The notes under the pieces are model-generated. The model saw only the letters and a list, made by a program, of their open reading frames with translations, was not told where the DNA came from and did not search any database. A DNA stretch of 8,023 bases, taken from the NCBI GenBank assembly GCA_964565725.1, contig CAZMGA010000025.1:1-8023 (forward strand), read 5' to 3'. Positions 1 to 5,361 of this stretch are shown in pieces (the first letter of the stretch is position 1; each line of letters opens with the position of its first letter). This stretch comes from an uncultured archaeon (GTDB lineage Archaea > Iainarchaeota > Iainarchaeia > Iainarchaeales > 0-14-0-20-30-16). The position numbers and the translations under genes are program-made.

Positions 1-74
1 TTGCGGATATTTTAACAACTTGGTTTATGAATGCTCCAATTTTGTTATGGTATGTTGGGAGTAAAAAGAAGTGA
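1..74 (+). CDS. secF: SecF-like protein-export membrane protein, C-terminal fragment (5' end outside window)
   Basis: Frame 3 (nt 3-71) reads ADILTTWFMNAPILLWYVGSKKK, followed by TGA at 72-74. This is a hydrophobic last-TM-like tail with a basic end. It abuts the SecD ORF, and archaeal secF and secD are normally adjacent. Only 23 aa are visible, so the call rests largely on context. Confidence 0.45.
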   Translation, partial: ADILTTWFMNAPILLWYVGSKKK

Positions 75-1648
75 TATTTATGAATGTTTTTAAAAATGTC
101 AAAGTAATTATTTTTTTAGTAGTATTAATTTTAGGAGCTATAATTTTAGCTGTTAAAGGTATAGATTATGGTTTGGATTTTAAAGGAGGAACACAATTTA
201 TTTTAACTTTAGATAAAGAAGTTGATGCTTCCACCATGGATAAAATGCAATCTACTATAGCTCAAAGATTGGATTGGACTGGTTTACAAGACGTAAAAGT
301 AACTAGTTGGGATTCAAAATATATAGGGGTTCAAATTGCCGAAAGTGATCCAGAAAAAATTGCTCAATTAGAAGAATTACTACAAAAACAAGGTCGTTTT
401 GAATGTATATTTAAAGAGAAAATACTATTTACTGGTGATGATGTAATAACAGTAAGTAAAAGTGCAGAAGGCGGTTATGGTATATTTAAACACGAAAATT
501 ATTATTCTTGGAGATTGCCTTTTAATTTAAGTGCAAAAGGTGCTAGAGACTTTTCAGAAGGAATTTGGAAAAGTTGTGTTATTTTGCCAGATGGTAGTGC
601 TAATTGTCCAAGTACTTATTTTTATATTGATAGACCTATGAATAGTATTGTTTTAATTCCTCAAGATGTATATGATAACGAAAAATATACAAATAATAAT
701 ATAAAATTAGAAGATATTTTTTCTGTAGCGTCTGTAAATTATAAAGTATATTCTGAGTTAAATGAAGAATTTATAAATTCTTTAAAAAAGGAAATTAAAG
801 ATAAAAACATAACTAATATTTTAGTAAATGCAGAATATGATTATTCTATATTAAATGATTCTAATTTAAATGTTAAAATAATTAGTAAAGAAAAATCAGA
901 AAATTATCCTTGGGTTTGGTCTGCAACTGGTTTAAAAACAATAATTGGTTTAAATAAAGATATTACTAATGTAAATGCAACATCTGTAGATTCTAGTAAT
1001 TTCCAAGTATATTTAAATTTAATTATAGAGGGTTCTGCAGTAGAATTAACTGATGCTCAAAATGAATTAAATGAATTATATGCTATATTAAATTCAGGTT
1101 CTTTGCCTGTTGGTATAGATAATATTTCAAAAGAAACAGTATCTCCAATTTTGGGTAAAAATATTTTAAACAAAATTTTAATAGTTGGTATTATTTCTTT
1201 ATTGGTCGTAGCATTAGTAATATTTTTAAGGTATAAAGATCCAAAAATATTTTTGCCTATATTTTTTGTAGGTACTTCAGAAGTGTTTTTAACAATTGCT
1301 TTTGCATCATTAATAAATTGGCAATTGGATTTGGGAGCAATAGCTGGAATTTTAGCTGCCGTAGGTACTGGTGTTGATGATCAAATTATTATTACCGATG
1401 AATTAGAAAAAAATAAAAAGGAAGAAAAAGAAGAAGGTAGTTTACTTTCAAAAATAAAAAGAGCATTTTTTATTGTATGGATGTCTGCTGCAACACTAGC
1501 TGTAACTATGTTGCCAATAGTGTTTGTATTTGGAGGAGTTCCAAAATTAGTTGGTTTTGCAATAACTACTTTGGCAGGAGCTGCAATAGGGGTTTTTATA
1601 ACAAGACCCGCTTATGCTGTATTTATTAAACATTTATTACAGAAGTAA
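71..1648 (+). CDS. secD: Archaeal SecD protein-export membrane protein
   Basis: The ORF is 525 aa from GTG 71. ATG 80 is the more likely start, preceded by GTGAT at 71-75. It has an N-terminal TM helix (VKVIIFLVVLILGAIILAV). A GLDFKGGTQF motif opens a roughly 330-aa extracytoplasmic domain. Five C-terminal TM helices follow, carrying the SecD/SecF-type conserved loop AAVGTGVDDQIIITDE. Confidence 0.8.
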   Translation: MIFMNVFKNVKVIIFLVVLILGAIILAVKGIDYGLDFKGGTQFILTLDKEVDASTMDKMQSTIAQRLDWTGLQDVKVTSWDSKYIGVQIAESDPEKIAQLEELLQKQGRFECIFKEKILFTGDDVITVSKSAEGGYGIFKHENYYSWRLPFNLSAKGARDFSEGIWKSCVILPDGSANCPSTYFYIDRPMNSIVLIPQDVYDNEKYTNNNIKLEDIFSVASVNYKVYSELNEEFINSLKKEIKDKNITNILVNAEYDYSILNDSNLNVKIISKEKSENYPWVWSATGLKTIIGLNKDITNVNATSVDSSNFQVYLNLIIEGSAVELTDAQNELNELYAILNSGSLPVGIDNISKETVSPILGKNILNKILIVGIISLLVVALVIFLRYKDPKIFLPIFFVGTSEVFLTIAFASLINWQLDLGAIAGILAAVGTGVDDQIIITDELEKNKKEEKEEGSLLSKIKRAFFIVWMSAATLAVTMLPIVFVFGGVPKLVGFAITTLAGAAIGVFITRPAYAVFIKHLLQK

Positions 1649-1674
1649 ATATTTCTGTAATATTATTTAATAAG

Positions 1675-1685
1675 TTTTATATATT
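1675..1685 (+). promoter_or_regulatory. TATA-box-like element upstream of the pilin-like gene (leaderless geometry)
   Basis: TTTTATATATT at 1675-1685 is centred about 26 nt upstream of ATG 1705, which is the usual archaeal TATA-to-TSS distance and implies a leaderless mRNA. A second copy, TTTTATATATAT at 1689-1700, lies too close to the ATG. The background is AT-rich, so specificity is low. Confidence 0.35.
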
Positions 1686-1704
1686 CTCTTTTATATATAT
1701 TATT

Positions 1705-2013
1705 ATGAATTTTAAAGGTCAAGCTAGTTTTGAGTTTTTGTTTATTTTGGGTGTTGTTTTAGTACTTATCATTGTTTCTTTATATGGCGTTTTTAAAGAA
1801 AATAAAGAAATTTCAGCTTTGGGTGTTGTTAAAACCAATATCGATAGTTATTTATTAAAAAATAATTTAAATGTAGATTACAAATTGGAAACTAATATAA
1901 ATGATTCCAATATAATTATTATTATAAATTCTAGTAATGATTTTGATGAATCATTTTTAGAAGATTTAAATAATACTTTAAAAACTGAATTTAATAATGT
2001 ATTTTTGGGGTGA
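1705..2013 (+). CDS. Class III signal peptide (archaeal type IV pilin-like, DUF361-type) protein
   Basis: The N-terminus MNFKG|QASFEFLFILGVVLVLIIVSLYGV has a short basic leader and a KG-Q prepilin-peptidase-type cleavage context. It carries the QxSxE motif of archaeal class III signal peptides, followed by a hydrophobic helix of about 20 residues. The Asn-rich C-terminal part has three N-x-S/T sequons (NDS, NSS, NNT). Confidence 0.65.
   Translation: MNFKGQASFEFLFILGVVLVLIIVSLYGVFKENKEISALGVVKTNIDSYLLKNNLNVDYKLETNINDSNIIIIINSSNDFDESFLEDLNNTLKTEFNNVFLG
2007..2013 (+). promoter_or_regulatory. Shine-Dalgarno site (GGGGTGA) for the downstream small ORF, containing the pilin-gene stop codon
   Basis: GGGGTGA is complementary to the conserved 16S rRNA 3' end (anti-SD ..AUCACCUCC). 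It lies 5 nt upstream of ATG 2019. TGA at 2011-2013 is the stop codon of the upstream ORF. Confidence 0.5.
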
Positions 2014-2261
2014 AATATATGGATAAAAAAAATAATGAACAAGCAGCAATTGGTTTAGTAAAATTATATGTTGAACAAATTGCAAGATTAGGTTTAAAAA
2101 GAAAATTAGATTTAGATAGTATAATTAGTGCATATTTGTATACTTTGGCAAGATTAGATAATAAATCAGAAGAAATGAAAATATTTGATAAATTAGCAGA
2201 TAGTGAAACAGAAGAAGTAAAATCCGAAACAAAAGAAGAAGTATTAAAAGAATTTGTATAA
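2010..2261 (+). CDS. Hypothetical small protein (83 aa from GTG 2010; more likely 80 aa from ATG 2019), helical with an acidic tail
   Basis: The ORF is open, with an SD (GGGGTGA) correctly spaced before ATG 2019. It is packed between two genes on the same strand. The sequence is MDKKNNEQAAIGLVKLYVEQIARLGLKRKLDLDSIISAYLYTLARLDNKSEEMKIFDKLADSETEEVKSETKEEVLKEFV. I recognise no family motif. Confidence 0.55.
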   Translation: MKYMDKKNNEQAAIGLVKLYVEQIARLGLKRKLDLDSIISAYLYTLARLDNKSEEMKIFDKLADSETEEVKSETKEEVLKEFV

Positions 2262-3546
2262 AGGGATTGTAGTGTATGTTCTGGATGAATATTCTGTTAA
2301 TAATTTAGATGAAATTATTAATAAAAAAGCAGTATTAGATCTAGAATATTGGTACAAAACAAGTAAAAAACCTTTATTAATTTTTGGACCTACTGGTATT
2401 GGTAAATCAACAATAGTTAATTTATTTGCAAAAAAAAATAATTTAACAATTTATGAACTAACCCCTTCAGATAATAGAGACAAAGAAACTATTGAAAGCA
2501 ATATAAATGCAGTAGCTAATTCTAAAAGTTTATTTAACAATAAAAACTTATTATTTTTTGATGATATAGATGTTTTTTTTTCTGATGACAGAGGTGGTTT
2601 TGAAACTATTTTAAAAGCCACAAAAACAGCTACAAATCCTGTAATTTTTTGTGCTACTAACATTTATGCTGACAAAAAATTATCCGAATTAAGAGAAATT
2701 TGTGAATTAATTGAAATTAAACCTTTATATTCTAATGTCTTATTAAAATATATTGAAAAAATTTTAGAAAGTAAAAAGATAAAATACGAAATTAATGCGT
2801 TAACAGAATTAATAAAATTAAATTCAAATGATTTAAGATCTTTGTTTTTGGATATAGATTTTTTAAAGCATATGGGAATTTACAAAGAAAATTTAAATTT
2901 AATTTCTGGCAGAGAAAGAAAAAATGATGTTTTTAAAACAGTAATTGGTTTATTTAAATCTAAAACATTTGAAGAAGCAAAAAAAATTAGTGATGCTTCA
3001 GAAATAGATTATGATTTATTAAATGAATGGATAATTGAAAATTTACCTTTGTTTTACGAAGGTGAAAATTTAAAAAAAGCATATTATTACTTGTCTTTAG
3101 CGTCATTAAATAAAACAAGAATTTATTCCAGACAAAATTGGATTTTTTTTAAATACTTTTTAATTTTTGGAATTATAGCTCCTACGATGCCTATATATAA
3201 AGATAAATTTAGTTATAAAATATCTTTTCCACAAAGTATAAAAAAAAGAATGAAAGAATCTAGTACATTTGCGAAAAATAAACAATTAGCAAACATCTTT
3301 TCAAAAGTATTTAAAGGTTCAAATTTAAAGATTATTTCTGAATTATATTTATATGAATTTTTTTTAAAATCAGATGAATTTAAAGATTATTTATTATCTA
3401 AATTAACTGAAGAAGAAATAAATGTAATAGAAAATCATTTTAAAACAAAAATTATTTTTAATAATTTAGAAAAATTAGAACCAAAAAAAGAAATAATTAA
3501 AAAAGAGGAATTAAAATTACCTGAAAAACAAAGAAAATTATTTTAA
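2254..3546 (+). CDS. rfcL: Replication factor C large subunit (divergent clamp-loader AAA+ ATPase)
   Basis: There is no in-frame ATG near the 5' end, so the start is TTG 2254 or GTG 2272. Motifs, in order: Walker A LLIFGPTGIGKST; ELTPSDNR (compare RFC box ELNASDxR); Walker B LLFFDDID; DDRGG (RFC-large-type DRGG); sensor-1 PVIFCATN; SNDLRSL (compare the SxGDxR box). Their order and spacing match archaeal RFC large subunits. Confidence 0.8.
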   Translation: MYKGIVVYVLDEYSVNNLDEIINKKAVLDLEYWYKTSKKPLLIFGPTGIGKSTIVNLFAKKNNLTIYELTPSDNRDKETIESNINAVANSKSLFNNKNLLFFDDIDVFFSDDRGGFETILKATKTATNPVIFCATNIYADKKLSELREICELIEIKPLYSNVLLKYIEKILESKKIKYEINALTELIKLNSNDLRSLFLDIDFLKHMGIYKENLNLISGRERKNDVFKTVIGLFKSKTFEEAKKISDASEIDYDLLNEWIIENLPLFYEGENLKKAYYYLSLASLNKTRIYSRQNWIFFKYFLIFGIIAPTMPIYKDKFSYKISFPQSIKKRMKESSTFAKNKQLANIFSKVFKGSNLKIISELYLYEFFLKSDEFKDYLLSKLTEEEINVIENHFKTKIIFNNLEKLEPKKEIIKKEELKLPEKQRKLF

Positions 3547-4574
3547 TCCTTAAAATTTATTGTATTTTCAGGTCTGTTTATAACTTTAAAATCAATTCCG
3601 TTTTTTTTCATAAAATCTATTGATCCTTTTGCCCCTAAATAATCACTATATGTAATAACTTTTTTAATCCCACAATTAACTATTTCTTTTGCGCACATTC
3701 TACAAGGTATGGTTGTACAATATAATGTTGCGTCATTAATATTTGTACCTGTTTTTGCTGCTTGAACTATTGCATTTTGTTCAGCATGTACTGCTCTACA
3801 ATCTTCTGATCCAAATCCAGATTCTAAATTTAATTCATCTTTCCTACAACCCAATTTTAAACAATCTTCAGATCCACTTACAGCCCCATTATAACCAGTA
3901 GATAAAATTCTTTTGTCTTTAACTATTATTGCTCCAACATTATGTCTCCAACAAGTACTTCTCTCAGCAACCACAGATGTAATTTTCATAAAATATTCAT
4001 CCCATGTTAATCTTTTTTTAATATTAAATTTTAAAACAAAATCTATTTTTTTCTTTAAATCTTCTATTGTAGAATCATTGTAAATTAATTTATCTGACAA
4101 TTTATAAACTTTGTCTAATTGTTGCGCATTTTCATTTCCTAATAATTCTTTTTTTTCTTGTTCTTCAAATTCTTTTAATGTTAATGCATTTTCATTTCTA
4201 CCTCTTTTTTTTGCACGCTCAAATCTTAATTCTATTGATGCATTAACCCCTAATAAAATAAACTCATTCATTTTTTTTAGCTCTTCAACTTCTTTTACAT
4301 TTCTTATACTATCTATAACAAAATCTCTTTTGCCTTTATTAAGTTCTTCATTTACTTTTTCGATAATTCTTTTAGCTAAAATGTTTGCTCCAAATTTTTC
4401 TCTTAATTCATTTCCAATGTTAACTAAATTTTCTCGACTTAATTCTAAATTTCTTTTTTTTGTTTCATCTCTAATAACATCACTCAAAGAAAAGTAAGTA
4501 TAATTTTTTTCTTTTAAAATATTTGCAACTTCACTTTTACCAGCTGCATTATATCCACATAAACCAATTATCAT
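3543..4574 (-). CDS. Bifunctional fusion: N-terminal P-loop nucleotide kinase-like domain (UPF0200/dephospho-CoA-kinase-like) + C-terminal dCMP (deoxycytidylate) deaminase
   Basis: The kinase-like domain spans aa 1-183 (nt 4026-4574). It has the P-loop GYNAAGKS, the segment SDVIRDE..R, VIDSIR, and a lid-like RFERAKKRGR. The deaminase spans about aa 188-335 (nt 3570-4013): WDEYFM..A..VAERSTC..R.VGAIIV, GYNG, and zinc ligands HAE (aa 263-265) and PCRMC (aa 290-294). The frame is continuous between the two domains. The SD GGTGAT lies 3-4 nt upstream of the ATG. Confidence 0.85.
   Translation of the reverse strand: MIIGLCGYNAAGKSEVANILKEKNYTYFSLSDVIRDETKKRNLELSRENLVNIGNELREKFGANILAKRIIEKVNEELNKGKRDFVIDSIRNVKEVEELKKMNEFILLGVNASIELRFERAKKRGRNENALTLKEFEEQEKKELLGNENAQQLDKVYKLSDKLIYNDSTIEDLKKKIDFVLKFNIKKRLTWDEYFMKITSVVAERSTCWRHNVGAIIVKDKRILSTGYNGAVSGSEDCLKLGCRKDELNLESGFGSEDCRAVHAEQNAIVQAAKTGTNINDATLYCTTIPCRMCAKEIVNCGIKKVITYSDYLGAKGSIDFMKKNGIDFKVINRPENTINFKD
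3601..3608 (+). terminator. Oligo-T tract (T8), candidate archaeal terminator for the rfcL transcript, located inside the convergent gene
   Basis: The T8 run lies 55 nt downstream of the rfcL stop. Archaeal termination commonly occurs at oligo-T tracts. The mirror candidate for the minus-strand operon is A7 at 3483-3489, which reads as T7 on the minus strand. T-runs are common in this AT-rich sequence. Confidence 0.2.
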
Positions 4575-4577
4575 TAT

Positions 4578-4583
4578 ATCACC
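4578..4583 (-). promoter_or_regulatory. Shine-Dalgarno site (GGTGAT on minus strand) for the kinase::deaminase gene, containing the protease stop codon
   Basis: The minus strand reads AACTTATGGTGATATAATG. The GGTGA core is followed by the 4-nt spacer TATA and then the ATG (4574-4572). TGA (4581-4579) is the stop of the upstream M50 protease gene. Confidence 0.55.
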
Positions 4584-5250
4584 ATAAGTTATAAAAAACT
4601 AAAAAAAACATTAAACCCATTAATACTAATAAACTAACCCAAATTATTTTATTCCATCTAAATACTTTAAAACCATCTAATGGAGGAATAGGTATCATGT
4701 TAAAAATACCTAAAAATAAATTAATTTGAACTATTGCAAAAAATATTGTTAATATATATTTATGAGTTATAAAAAAAGAAATAATTAATGCGATAATAGC
4801 CATTACAAAATTAGATAGTGGACCTAATAAAGAAATTATTCCATTTTCTTTTTTAGTTATATTTTTGCCCCAAATATATACGGCGCCAGGTGCTGCAAAA
4901 ACAAAACCACCAGAAGTAATTAAAGACAATCCTATTGCAAATAATAAACCTGTAGGCCAAAACTTAAATTCAGCCTTTGCACCATAATATATTGCGGAAA
5001 ATTTATGTGCTAATTCATGCATAATAAATCCACTTAATGTTGCAATTAATATTATAGGTATTTTTATTAAAAAAGAATTCATATTTTCAGAACCAAAACC
5101 AGACCAGGAAAATGCAAAACTAATTCCTATCCATGCTACAAGTATGTTAAAAAATTCGTTGTTAGTTATTTTAAAACCTTTTTTTTTGTTGTTTAAAGTA
5201 TATCCTAAGTTAGGATCAAAATAAATTTCTGGTTCAATTTCATTAGTCAT
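4579..5250 (-). CDS. Site-2 protease family (peptidase M50) integral membrane zinc metalloprotease, minimal form
   Basis: The 223-aa polytopic membrane protein has HELAH (HExxH, aa 78-82) inside a TM segment. It also has the second M50 signature NLFLGIFNMIPIPPLDG (NxxPxxPLDG-type). No PDZ or CBS insert is apparent. Confidence 0.8.
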   Translation of the reverse strand: MTNEIEPEIYFDPNLGYTLNNKKKGFKITNNEFFNILVAWIGISFAFSWSGFGSENMNSFLIKIPIILIATLSGFIMHELAHKFSAIYYGAKAEFKFWPTGLLFAIGLSLITSGGFVFAAPGAVYIWGKNITKKENGIISLLGPLSNFVMAIIALIISFFITHKYILTIFFAIVQINLFLGIFNMIPIPPLDGFKVFRWNKIIWVSLLVLMGLMFFLVFYNLW

Positions 5251-5270
5251 AATAATATATAATAATAAAT

Positions 5271-5278
5271 TATATAAA
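5271..5278 (-). promoter_or_regulatory. TATA box for the minus-strand protease/kinase-deaminase operon (leaderless geometry)
   Basis: The minus strand reads TTTATATA, an exact fit to the archaeal consensus TTTAWATA. It is centred about 25 nt upstream of the ATG at 5250. Confidence 0.4.
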
Positions 5279-5317
5279 CTAAATCCTAACGAAAATTTAT
5301 GTTTACTGTTATGTATT

Positions 5318-5342
5318 TATTAAGCTTTAAATAAGCTTAGTA
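5318..5342. promoter_or_regulatory. Palindrome TAAGCTT-TAAAT-AAGCTTA enclosing a consensus TATA box (TTTAAATA, 5326-5333) upstream of glyA
   Basis: The arms at 5321-5327 and 5333-5339 form a perfect 7-bp inverted repeat. Flanking pairs 5319/5341 and 5318/5342 also match. TTTAAATA fits TTTAWATA and is centred about 32 nt upstream of the glyA ATG at 5362. Confidence 0.4.
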
Positions 5343-5361
5343 TTTTTTATATATAGGTATT

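Noticed and set aside
2430-2581. Long homopolymers inside rfcL (A9 at 2430-2438, T9 at 2573-2581) as possible slippage or phase-variation sites
   Set aside because: Both read through in frame (FAKKNN and DVFFSD) inside conserved regions of an essential gene. Runs of this length are expected at this A+T content, and there is no evidence of frameshifting.
2451-2663. 70-aa ORF on the minus strand
   Set aside because: It is fully embedded antisense in rfcL, across the ELTPSDNR to DDRGG boxes. It has no start context or motif, so it is a shadow ORF.
2254-3546. The AAA+ ATPase as a component of a defence or novel NTPase system together with the pilin-like and small ORFs
   Set aside because: The ordered set of RFC boxes (Walker A, ELxxSDxR, Walker B, DRGG, sensor-1 xATN, SxxDLRS) identifies it as the clamp-loader large subunit. 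No nuclease, sensor or effector domains are nearby.
4126-4198. 13-nt direct repeat GCATTTTCATTTC at 4126-4138 and 4186-4198, exactly 60 nt apart
   Set aside because: Both copies lie in frame inside the kinase domain and encode the same tetrapeptide NENA (aa 127-130 and 147-150). This most likely reflects restricted codon usage or a tiny internal duplication in a Glu/Asn/Lys-rich linker. There are only two copies and no spacer architecture, so it is not a CRISPR or regulatory repeat.
4111-4497. 128-aa ORF on the plus strand, rich in Ser/Phe/Leu
   Set aside because: It lies entirely antisense to the kinase domain of the well-supported 3543-4574 gene. Its low-complexity S/F/L composition is what the reverse complement of Lys/Glu/Asn-rich coding sequence produces. 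It has no SD or promoter, so it is a shadow ORF.
5299-5334. 11-codon mini-ORF (MFTVMYLLSFK) in the glyA upstream region, ending inside the palindrome
   Set aside because: It has no SD and would lie upstream of the predicted TSS. ORFs this short arise by chance in AT-rich spacers. It would only be worth revisiting if TSS mapping shows a long glyA leader.
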